From the IMG/VR virus record IMGVR_UViG_3300025684_000010: 64,000 nt of DNA. The stretch is one strand, 5' to 3'. The stretch's first letter is position 1, and every line of letters begins with the position of its first letter. The stretch comes from a virus. A program made the position numbers and the translations under genes. Below, one piece after another: positions 1-9,072 of the stretch. The notes below the pieces were generated by a model. It saw nothing but the letters and a program-made list of their open reading frames with translations. It ran no database searches and had not been told where the DNA came from.

Positions 1-2458
1 GAACTTCTACATTTGCGATTGCCAACTGGTCTGTTGTAAGCTTTGGTGGTACAGGATTTTTCTGTTCTTCACCTTTAATGATAACAATATCACCATAAGA
101 ATCACAAGCAATTGTATCAATTCTTGATAGGTAATGTTCTATACTTGTTTGTAATGATTGCTGTGCAGCAGGAACCAACGCAGCTCCTTTATCACTAAAC
201 GATACGGTATTGAAACCAACCTGAGTTGAAATCGTTGGAGCATTACCTGAATTCGCCAAATAGTTTGCACCAGAATCTTTATTAACATGTGGTCTGAAAT
301 CAAACGAATCTCTCAAGTTATATACTTGACCTGACTCTGACGTGTAAGAAGGAATATCAAACTTACTTAAAGTATTTGGATAACTATTAATTGTAAAGAA
401 GTATTTACCAGTCGAAGTGTTTACCTCGAAGCATTGTAGATTCACTAGCATTACGCCACTTGGCTCAGGTCGACCTTCAATATATTCTACATAAGATAGA
501 TCGTAATAAGTATCTTTCTGATTCTCTTTTAATCTAAAGCTACTTGTAAAATCTTCTCCTGCTGCATCTGTAATACTTACAATTTTAAATACATCTGGGA
601 AACCTAAACTATATTGTGTTTTAACGTTTGAGTAACTAAACTTAACATAAGTATCACGTAATGTTTTAGCATAAGGTGAAATACCACCCGATGAACCAAC
701 CTGTCTTTTATTATAAAATACTTCTACTGAACCACTCAAACCACTATCACAAATAATATTAAGTTGTGAATTATTCAAAGCAGTAGTAGTACTTATAACA
801 GGATATGTTGTTCCTGCCAAGTTAACTCGAATATCGTCGTTAAGACAATTAAAATCTTCGCCTGGTCCTGCAGTTAATGTGATCGTGCCTGTTGTCGCAG
901 TTCCTGTATTTTGAAATCTACAAGGAATAAGAGTATTTGATGTTGCGAACGTTCCATTAATACCAGTATCAAAGATTAATGCCTTTCTTCCCGTTTCTTT
1001 AATAACAGGTGAACCGATACCGTTTGTTCTTATAGGTACATCACCACTACCATCTGATAATTTGGTAATGTCTTTAATAGCTTGAGCACCGTTATATACA
1101 GCAGAGTGAATATAGATTCTTTTGTCTGTTATGTTTTGTACTGCAACTCCACCAACTGAAGCGCTTCCTGATGTTTGCGCATCTGCTGGTGAAAGAATAC
1201 CTAAATTCAAATAACCTTGTGAATTACTTGTAGTATCAATCTCAAAATAGTTTCCATATTCCATTGAAACGTTTTGGTTATTAACTGTTTCAGTTTGTCC
1301 TATTTGATCTATTTGGAATGAACGTTCGCCAGAATTTTCTACTCTGTAACCTTTTACATATGCTATACCAGGTCCGACGACACATTGTACTTCACTATTG
1401 GCAGCACCAGTAGGAATACGATCATCAGTAGTTATTGGGAACGTTTCTAAAATGTAATTACCAGATTCTTCGTAGGTACGTCGAGCCATCTCTTCGCCCA
1501 ATACGTTGTATTGAGAAACGTCTCTTACAGTAATTGCATTACCATTTTGATAACGAGCCAATGTAAAGAAGTCTGAATTCTGAGTTCCTTCTGAAGTTTC
1601 CAATACTGTTAATGTAGGAACAAGTTTTAATCTGTCTGCGCCTGGGGCATTTTCATTCTTAGAACCGTTTGCATTATCGTATAGGCTGTTATCTTGTAGG
1701 TTATTAATTAATCTTTCTGCTACTAAATAACCAACTGATTTATTATCGGCAACGTTAGTATACTTTTCAACAACTAATCTTTGTTCTGCTGTAAATATAA
1801 AATGGCCTTTCTGAAATATAATACCAGGAGCAGCTTCGATACCGAATGCTCTACCAACATGTGGATTTCCTACTGAAGGTGAACCGTATACCGCAAGACC
1901 TGTATTAATAACAGTGTCAATAGATAAGGCTTCGTTTGTGGTTCCTCTTAAATATTTGAATCTTGTTACAACTAACGCTTCACCAGCTTGAAATTGAGTT
2001 TGACCTGCCAAACCAATGTTAGTGTAGTTAATAAAGAAAGTATTTAGATTTGGTGGTCTTGTTTGAAATCCTTTAGAAGCCTGAACGATTTCTGCTTTCA
2101 GTCCGGACGATTGTCCTTTTACCTGATAAACATAGTCAAGTTCTACTTCTTGGCCTGCTAATACTTCAACCGCAGGTGTGCTGATATATGACGCTGCGTT
2201 AAATCCAGTAGGACCGTCATTTAGTTTTACAAATTGAAGATCATCAAGTTCTGTAAAGTTACATCCTTTTACAATTGAACCTTCTTTGAAAATATTATCT
2301 CCAAATGACTCAACCTGATTTTGAAGCATAGTCTGGAGTTGTGTAAGTTCTCTTGCCTGTATCGCGTACCCAGGCTTGAACATAACTCGATAGAACTGCT
2401 TCTCTGCATCATAGTCATCGAAGTATGGTGCTTGGTTTAAGTTTTTATTAATAGGCAT
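1..2458 (-). CDS. DUF4815 / VrlC-like large virion structural protein (partial, runs off window edge)
   Basis: Not in the ORF track. ATG at 2458 reads MPINKNLNQAPYFDDYDAEKQFYRVMFKPGYAIQARELTQLQTMLQNQ, the typical N-terminus of this T4-like family. The same frame is open at position 2-10 (VEV); the middle was not fully translated. Confidence 0.8.
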   Translation of the reverse strand, partial: MPINKNLNQAPYFDDYDAEKQFYRVMFKPGYAIQARELTQLQTMLQNQVESFGDNIFKEGSIVKGCNFTELDDLQFVKLNDGPTGFNAASYISTPAVEVLAGQEVELDYVYQVKGQSSGLKAEIVQASKGFQTRPPNLNTFFINYTNIGLAGQTQFQAGEALVVTRFKYLRGTTNEALSIDTVINTGLAVYGSPSVGNPHVGRAFGIEAAPGIIFQKGHFIFTAEQRLVVEKYTNVADNKSVGYLVAERLINNLQDNSLYDNANGSKNENAPGADRLKLVPTLTVLETSEGTQNSDFFTLARYQNGNAITVRDVSQYNVLGEEMARRTYEESGNYILETFPITTDDRIPTGAANSEVQCVVGPGIAYVKGYRVENSGERSFQIDQIGQTETVNNQNVSMEYGNYFEIDTTSNSQGYLNLGILSPADAQTSGSASVGGVAVQNITDKRIYIHSAVYNGAQAIKDITKLSDGSGDVPIRTNGIGSPVIKETGRKALIFDTGINGTFATSNTLIPCRFQNTGTATTGTITLTAGPGEDFNCLNDDIRVNLAGTTYPVISTTTALNNSQLNIICDSGLSGSVEVFYNKRQVGSSGGISPYAKTLRDTYVKFSYSNVKTQYSLGFPDVFKIVSITDAAGEDFTSSFRLKENQKDTYYDLSYVEYIEGRPEPSGVMLVNLQCFEVNTSTGKYFFTINSYPNTLSKFDIPSYTSESGQVYNLRDSFDFRPHVNKDSGANYLANSGNAPTISTQVGFNTVSFSDKGAALVPAAQQSLQTSIEHYLSRIDTIACDSYGDIVIIKGEEQKNPVPPKLTTDQLAIANVEV

Positions 2459-2473
2459 CTTTACTTACGTTCC

Positions 2474-4453
2474 TTAAAATTCCAGTACAAATTTAAATTC
2501 TTCTCTTGAGAGGTCGGTTCTTGCTAATGGGAAGAAGTCCTCCATGAAGTACACTTCGCCTGTTCTCTGTTTGTAATCCGAATAGATAACATTATCTGCT
2601 ATAGGATTATTTATTGTTATTCTCTGGCCAGTATTTGAGGTAATTGCCAGATTTGGATCAAATGATGTATCTCCATTACCAACCAGGGCATTATTTCTAT
2701 ATGGTCCTACGTATTCTGCTAAAAATACTGTATTTGAAGTTTCATCAATCTCGTGTATTTGAGCTTGGAATACAATATCGTTATTTACATTAACTTGCGT
2801 GATTGTACTATTTGCGTTTAATCTTCCATAATCATCTGTTATAATCGCAATTCTATTATCGAAGACATCAGGTTCAGTTGCGGTATTTGCTTGTCCGCTT
2901 CTCCATGTTGCTATACCTGTCATATCTTTAAATGTTGGACTTCTCACAATACCAATACAGCCGTATGTATTCTTATCACCAATTTTTGTATTGTCTTCTG
3001 CAGTAATAAATCCATACATTGAAAAATGTTTACATCTAAATTCATCTAATAAATTATAACCATGGCCACCTTTCGGTTCAATGATAGGTTGAATGGTTGC
3101 TCTTACATCTGCTGATTCAGTACCACCTGGGTTGAAATCAATAAGAGGATCCACAACTTCCGCAATAGCGTTATTATATCCTGTGCCTTTATTTAAAAGA
3201 ATAATTTTATTAATACCACCATTATCAATTTCAGGTACTGCTACCGCCCCATCTCCATCACCGCTTATTTTAACGCGCGGGAAGATTTTAATATTTGCAT
3301 TAATCGTTGCTGTTGATACCATGAAGTCTGTTAAACCTTTCCATGTACCACCTGACACGTATCCGCCAAAACCAGTACCATCAAGATCTGTTGTTAATAA
3401 TGCATCTGATTTCAATTGAAATGTATCTGCATTCACAACTTGTACATAAAAAGTAGTTGCGGCAAGTGTGTCTATGTCTGCTTCATTTACAATTAATTCT
3501 GACATACCAACAACGTTTCTAAATGTAATTGGTTGACCATTCACTAAGTTATGAGATGTTGATGTAATTACGACAGGAGATGCTTGAGTTGCATTCTCTA
3601 CATTACCACGCCTTGGATTTGATAATTCTTCGCCAACGGTAATTTCCGCTAGGCCATTGCCTTGAATCAGTTTATAAGCTTTGATTTCAAATAGATTCGT
3701 AACGCTTGAACTTGGGTTTGTAGCATAGAAGAATTGACCTGTATAGTAATTTTCTGTTGCTTGCCAATCTTGCTCCTTTGGATCAATTTCTAATTTAACA
3801 TTACCGTGAGAACTGGGTCCACCAACTCTGCCAGGAATTGACTTTATAAGGCCGTTCTTTTCTTCATATCCATTATTGACAATAGCATTAGTAACTTGAA
3901 TCTCAGATATACCACCGCCGTAAACCTCCGCTGGATTAACAGTTGCAGTAGGATCAATTGGAATATAACCTAAAGCATTATAGGCCTCGAATTGTAATGT
4001 AGTGAGACGATACATATACTTCCATACATAACCGTCGGCAGTTTCATAAATTTGATTTACGTTGGCTGCATCAAAAGTAGGTGGTGCTTGTGAACCAACA
4101 TCTTCGTTATTATTAAGGCACTTATAAATTCTGTAATCATCAGTGTCGTTATCGTTAGGTCCGACTACTGCATAAAAGTTTAAACCATCAAGATCTACTT
4201 TATCATCGTATTCTGCATACACAACACCTCGTTGCCAAGGGTAATACTTTATCATAAAGTTAATATCTTGATTGCGTATCTTTTTAGCAAATAATGTTTT
4301 TTCTAGAAACTCATTTTGAGAAGTAGCAGAATCAATTGGCTCTATACCGCCAATGCTAGAAACAAACATATAATAGTCATCGTTAGCCTTTGCGTCAGCT
4401 ATGAATAACTTATTAATGTCTTGGTTAAAATTGTTTGTTAAAATTTCAGGCAT
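2474..4453 (-). CDS. gp8: baseplate wedge protein gp8-like, with inserted FCCH-like beta domain
   Basis: Motifs YPWQRGVVYAEYDD, YRIYKCLNNN, TADGYVWKYMY; position in the wedge cluster. Confidence 0.8.
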   Translation of the reverse strand: MPEILTNNFNQDINKLFIADAKANDDYYMFVSSIGGIEPIDSATSQNEFLEKTLFAKKIRNQDINFMIKYYPWQRGVVYAEYDDKVDLDGLNFYAVVGPNDNDTDDYRIYKCLNNNEDVGSQAPPTFDAANVNQIYETADGYVWKYMYRLTTLQFEAYNALGYIPIDPTATVNPAEVYGGGISEIQVTNAIVNNGYEEKNGLIKSIPGRVGGPSSHGNVKLEIDPKEQDWQATENYYTGQFFYATNPSSSVTNLFEIKAYKLIQGNGLAEITVGEELSNPRRGNVENATQASPVVITSTSHNLVNGQPITFRNVVGMSELIVNEADIDTLAATTFYVQVVNADTFQLKSDALLTTDLDGTGFGGYVSGGTWKGLTDFMVSTATINANIKIFPRVKISGDGDGAVAVPEIDNGGINKIILLNKGTGYNNAIAEVVDPLIDFNPGGTESADVRATIQPIIEPKGGHGYNLLDEFRCKHFSMYGFITAEDNTKIGDKNTYGCIGIVRSPTFKDMTGIATWRSGQANTATEPDVFDNRIAIITDDYGRLNANSTITQVNVNNDIVFQAQIHEIDETSNTVFLAEYVGPYRNNALVGNGDTSFDPNLAITSNTGQRITINNPIADNVIYSDYKQRTGEVYFMEDFFPLARTDLSREEFKFVLEF

Positions 4454-4480
4454 TGTTATATAATTCTCTATATTTTAGTT

Positions 4481-4488
4481 TATTTATA
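4481..4488 (-). promoter_or_regulatory. T4-type late promoter TATAAATA
   Basis: tatttata on the + strand, 28 nt upstream of the gp8 start. Confidence 0.7.
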
Positions 4489-4497
4489 TCCATTGGA

Positions 4498-7140
4498 CTA
4501 ACCTCTTCTTCTTATTCTTGGCCTTGGATACACCAGTCCACTTGTAGGTCTTGCTTTTGCATTTACTTTTGGAAAACTCGCACCAGATTCTGGTCTTTGA
4601 TTCTTCCACATTAATATTTTATTTGGGGCGCCTTGTAAACTTTCAAAGTCAGTACTACTATCAGTTCCAGTATCGTACATTTCACCAGTTGTTGCGTTTG
4701 CTTCAATCCAAGCATTTGCATCAGCTTGAGTTAACCCTGGATTGCTTTCTGCAAGTAATGCAATAACTCCAGCTACTTGTGGCGCCGCCATACTTGTTCC
4801 GCTAATCTTACTGAGATAATACGAACCGTTTCTAGGATCTTGTACACCACCAAAACTACCTGTTAAAGTTGAACTCACAATACCGGCACCAGCCGCAAAA
4901 ATATCAACTGCATTACCACAAACTGAGCTCCCTCTTTTTTTGTCATTTTTTTCAATATTGAGGCAGCCAACATTTAAAGTGGCCGCTTCAAGACCGATGG
5001 TTGAGGACCTATGAGTTGGTTTGGACAAGGCGCTCGTATTTGAGCCGCTTCTGAAATACATGTAATTTTCATAATCTTGATCACCAGACTTGACAGTTTT
5101 TTGATATGAATTTCCTGCCGAAGTAACTATAATAATACCATCGGCAATTGCATCAGCAATATCTGCTGCCCAAGAAATCCCTGAGGATGGAAATTTCCAA
5201 TTACCATCTGCTGGTACATTTATACCTCTTGCTTCTAATTCAGCACTATTTAAATCACTACCCTCATCACCGTACTTATCAAAGGTTACTCCTCTATATT
5301 TAAATTGTCCAATTCCATCATAACCAGAGTAACCATTAGAGGGCCCTGAGATGAAAACGTCTTTACTGACAGTAAACCCATAACTGTGATTACTTATTGT
5401 AGGATTTCTTCTACCAGTTTCTGAGTTAATTGGTTTTGTATTATGCCATTCGCGAATATAATCCCACATAGTTCCAGACTGTAATCCACTGTAACCATGA
5501 TTCGTAGTGCCACTTAAGGGAGCTTCTATACTGTAAATATTTGCTTCTCTTGCCCAACCTAAAGTATTTCCTGCTACAGTCCCAGCAACATGAACACCAT
5601 GATTAGTATCAGTCTGATTACCCATTGTGCCATAATCATAAGTTGCGTTTGGGCCTAATCCTAATTGATTCGCGAGCGAGAACCAATTAAACGGCTGTAC
5701 TCTACTTCCGCCAGTTCCATCAGCATTAACGGCAAACTCTGGGTGGCCTTGAGCAGTTGTTGTAATATGCCCATCAACAATTAATACATCAACATTTTTT
5801 CCTGAAGCGGTAATTGCGAGTGGGTTTGTCGCTACAAAAGAATCTCCATCAGAACCCCAATTTTTTCCTGTAGTAACATAACCTGATGCGCCTGCTTGTG
5901 TAGGATCGCCTGAATCACCATCTTGGAATATATTTCGTATTGTTGATAATGAAGGTTTACTAATTACTGGTTTAATGTGTGTGTTATGGAATGCATAACC
6001 TAATGGATTGTTTGATTGTATACCAGCTTCGGTACGCATATCATCTGTCCATTCTGGAGAAAGACTTCCACCATCCCATAAAGCTGTATATTCAAACATA
6101 CAGAAATTCAATAAGTATAAGTATTCTTTGGCTGCTACTTCAAAAGCATCTGAATCTGTTTTCCAGGCATTTGAAGGCGTGTTATAACCTGACGGATCCC
6201 ATTTTCCAGCATCATATGCTTCTTCCATCGCAGCATATAAATCACCTGAAGCCCAATCACTTGCTAAGTATGCATACAGTTTTATATCGTCTGCTGGTAA
6301 TCCATGCATATGAAGTGTATGCATTATATGTTCAATAACTTCCCCTGCGTCTAAATCTCCATCACCTTGAGTACCAGATGAATTCAAATACCAAACCATA
6401 TCGTTAGCAACGTGTGTATCAAATAAGTTTGTTAGGTTCCAACTAATAATTCCTGAGTCAGTTAAGAAGTTTGGACTATAATCACCCCCGCCACCTCTTG
6501 CTACTCGTTGTAGTGTTGGTTTCCCTTCGTGCCAGGTACCAGATAAACCTTTTAGATTTCGTATAAGATTCCTTTGGAGTGTATCATTGATTTGTGACTG
6601 GTACTGATTTGGTATTAAAAACAATTCATACATTCGAGCTATTTTTTCTATCCACGCGTCAGGCACAGCACTTTGACCACCTACAGCACCAGCCGCCATA
6701 ATTCTTGTACCATTAACAGTAACTTCACGTTTGAAGAAATCACTACCATCGCCAGTCACATCTGCAATTGAGCCACTATAAAGATCTGTGCTAGGAATAT
6801 CATCGCCAACCGTATGCCTATATAAACCCCAATTTTTGTCTGTTACGGAAATCGAGTCCCCATTTCTTTTAAATGGCCCAGTGTCAGAATACCCATTTAA
6901 TTCACATTGTAGAAGATCAAGGAATGCTTTTGATTCTACACCCAATACTCGAGGATCCTTTTCTAATTCAATCACCTCTTCAGGTGTTAACATATAATGA
7001 GTATTACGACTTATTGGTCTTCTTAATTCTACATTAACTGCTCTATCAGGAATATAAAGATCGCCACCAGGCGTTTCCATATCATTATAGAAATCGTCTA
7101 GGTCTTCCTTATTGTGAAGAGTGATCACATATTCTTGCAT
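4498..7140 (-). CDS. subtilisin-like (S8) serine protease with ~300-aa inserted domain
   Basis: Catalytic motifs VLIVDG (Asp), HGVHVAGTVAG (His), SAGNS (oxyanion Asn), GTSMAAPQVAG (Ser); propeptide-like N-terminus. Confidence 0.9.
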   Translation of the reverse strand: MQEYVITLHNKEDLDDFYNDMETPGGDLYIPDRAVNVELRRPISRNTHYMLTPEEVIELEKDPRVLGVESKAFLDLLQCELNGYSDTGPFKRNGDSISVTDKNWGLYRHTVGDDIPSTDLYSGSIADVTGDGSDFFKREVTVNGTRIMAAGAVGGQSAVPDAWIEKIARMYELFLIPNQYQSQINDTLQRNLIRNLKGLSGTWHEGKPTLQRVARGGGGDYSPNFLTDSGIISWNLTNLFDTHVANDMVWYLNSSGTQGDGDLDAGEVIEHIMHTLHMHGLPADDIKLYAYLASDWASGDLYAAMEEAYDAGKWDPSGYNTPSNAWKTDSDAFEVAAKEYLYLLNFCMFEYTALWDGGSLSPEWTDDMRTEAGIQSNNPLGYAFHNTHIKPVISKPSLSTIRNIFQDGDSGDPTQAGASGYVTTGKNWGSDGDSFVATNPLAITASGKNVDVLIVDGHITTTAQGHPEFAVNADGTGGSRVQPFNWFSLANQLGLGPNATYDYGTMGNQTDTNHGVHVAGTVAGNTLGWAREANIYSIEAPLSGTTNHGYSGLQSGTMWDYIREWHNTKPINSETGRRNPTISNHSYGFTVSKDVFISGPSNGYSGYDGIGQFKYRGVTFDKYGDEGSDLNSAELEARGINVPADGNWKFPSSGISWAADIADAIADGIIIVTSAGNSYQKTVKSGDQDYENYMYFRSGSNTSALSKPTHRSSTIGLEAATLNVGCLNIEKNDKKRGSSVCGNAVDIFAAGAGIVSSTLTGSFGGVQDPRNGSYYLSKISGTSMAAPQVAGVIALLAESNPGLTQADANAWIEANATTGEMYDTGTDSSTDFESLQGAPNKILMWKNQRPESGASFPKVNAKARPTSGLVYPRPRIRRRG

Positions 7141-7145
7141 TTAAT

Positions 7146-9032
7146 TTAAGCCTCTAATTGTAGTATTTCTATAGCTACTGTAATTGATGCAGCACTACCA
7201 CTTTTGTTTCTTACTCTAACTGGAATGTTTGTAGTTGGCGTGCTTTCTAAATTATAACCGATTGTTCCAGGAGATAGTTTTACTCTTTGACCACTTGTAG
7301 TAATTACCTCTGCAATGACACCAGCATCTGGAGCTGGATCAGTACCTTCGCCTCTTGAAGCATCAGCTGTTCTGGATGCGCCGTCTGTATAGAGTGTTAC
7401 CCAAGCTGCAGCTGATGTTGTAATTGTATATAATGCATATCCTTTAAATCCAGTAATGTCAAGGTTAGCAGCCGCACCGTTAGCAATTGAAGATGTTCCT
7501 TGTGATGGAGAAACACGACTTGGTAATGAGCCGCCGCCGCCGCCGCCACCTGCAGCTGCTTCAACAACAATAGTACCGGTCATGGCACCGTGAGCTTGAC
7601 ATCTATACGCATAGTTGCCTGATATACCTGCTGGTATTTTCCAGAACAGAGCACCGCCTATTCCTGCATTTGCAGCTGAACCTTCGTAATAGACTCCTGA
7701 ATCAAGTGCTACTAGACCGTCATTGTAATCTGCACCACCCGAAGTTTGAATTACGAATGGGTGAGTTACACCGCCTGCACCAGTTAAATCAAATCCAACT
7801 GTCGTTCCTGCCTTTACATAAATTGTTGGGTTATCGGTTGTTCCATATTGGTCAAAACGATATGAAGAAGAACCATTATTAGTAACCTTTAATACTGTTG
7901 CAGCATTTTGGAAAGTATTTTCAAATGGTGCTTTATCTGAAATACCGGCCGGCTGTTCATTAATGTCTAAATAAGTTGGAGTGAACGGTACATTTCTCCA
8001 AGTATTATCACTACCAAAGAATTTTAAAATATCATCAGATTGTGGGCTTGTAATTGTTGTGTCAGTAACGTCAGTCATAGCAACTGAGCCGCCGCCGCCG
8101 CCACCGCTAATTGTAATTGTTTTAGTTGCGCCTGTTCCTGACGCTACAACACCTGAACCTACAAAGTTAATAGTTGTAGCCGCTGTTGCTAATGCTGAAC
8201 CTTCGTCTTGTATAGTAATAGCAGTACCACCGCTACCTGTTGCATCATCAACCCAAGCAAAGTCAGAACCATTCCAACTTAAGATTTGATCTGCAGATGC
8301 ACTACTTGTATTAAGGTGGGCAGAAATATCACTTGGATTAACGCCGTCTGCAACCCAAACAAAGTCAGAACCATCCCAACTTAAGATTTGATCTGCAGAT
8401 GCACTACTTGTATTAAGGTGAGCAGATACATCGGAATCAGCATATGATCCGCCACCGCCACCTGATTGTGCTACCCAGTCATAATCTGTACCGTTCCAAC
8501 TTAATACTTCGTTAGCACTTGCTGAACCGGTATTTAAATGAGTATCAACATTTGCATCAGCGTATGAACTGCCACCGCCTTCAACCCAACTGTAAGAACC
8601 GTTTGCGCTTGTACTTAAAACATAGCCGTTAGTTTCAGTGCCGATAATATTTGTATTATAAACAAACGGAGCAAGAGGATCTACATAATTGAGAATTGCG
8701 CCTGCTGAAGCATCGGAAAGCAATCTTCTCCAAGTTCCGTGAGCGTAATACAATGAACCTGTCTCATGAACATGGCCTATAGAACCATGATATGTGCCTG
8801 GGTTAACATTATCAAGTTCTAGTTTCGTATCATATAAGAAAGATACTTTGTGTGGTTTACCTAACAAGTCTAAATTGCCGTTAATATCAAATAGATCCAC
8901 TGGATTATTTGCATCTCCTAACGCAAGATAAAGCTCATTAAAATTATCGTTGGCTTTGTCGAATGCATTTCGTAACGGATCACCTGTACCGTCGTTAGCG
9001 GATGCACCGATATTAATTATTTGTTTAGACAT
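7146..9032 (-). CDS. tail fibre / baseplate-attached fibre with gp9/gp10-type N-terminal anchor, internal repeats and a cupredoxin-like domain
   Basis: N-terminal KQIINIGASANDGTGDPLRNAFDKANDNFNELY; repeated HLNTxSAxAxQILSWxGxDFxWV; Gly linkers; HPF...YRCQAHGAM. Confidence 0.75.
   Translation of the reverse strand: MSKQIINIGASANDGTGDPLRNAFDKANDNFNELYLALGDANNPVDLFDINGNLDLLGKPHKVSFLYDTKLELDNVNPGTYHGSIGHVHETGSLYYAHGTWRRLLSDASAGAILNYVDPLAPFVYNTNIIGTETNGYVLSTSANGSYSWVEGGGSSYADANVDTHLNTGSASANEVLSWNGTDYDWVAQSGGGGGSYADSDVSAHLNTSSASADQILSWDGSDFVWVADGVNPSDISAHLNTSSASADQILSWNGSDFAWVDDATGSGGTAITIQDEGSALATAATTINFVGSGVVASGTGATKTITISGGGGGGSVAMTDVTDTTITSPQSDDILKFFGSDNTWRNVPFTPTYLDINEQPAGISDKAPFENTFQNAATVLKVTNNGSSSYRFDQYGTTDNPTIYVKAGTTVGFDLTGAGGVTHPFVIQTSGGADYNDGLVALDSGVYYEGSAANAGIGGALFWKIPAGISGNYAYRCQAHGAMTGTIVVEAAAGGGGGGGSLPSRVSPSQGTSSIANGAAANLDITGFKGYALYTITTSAAAWVTLYTDGASRTADASRGEGTDPAPDAGVIAEVITTSGQRVKLSPGTIGYNLESTPTTNIPVRVRNKSGSAASITVAIEILQLEA
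8251..8426. repeat. intragenic near-identical direct repeat (74 nt, period 102 nt)
   Basis: 8251-8324 vs 8353-8426 differ at 3 positions; a third, diverged copy lies near 8470-8550. Confidence 0.9.
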
Positions 9033-9072
9033 TTTATTTTCCTAAAAAATTCTTTATAGTTATATTTATTGC

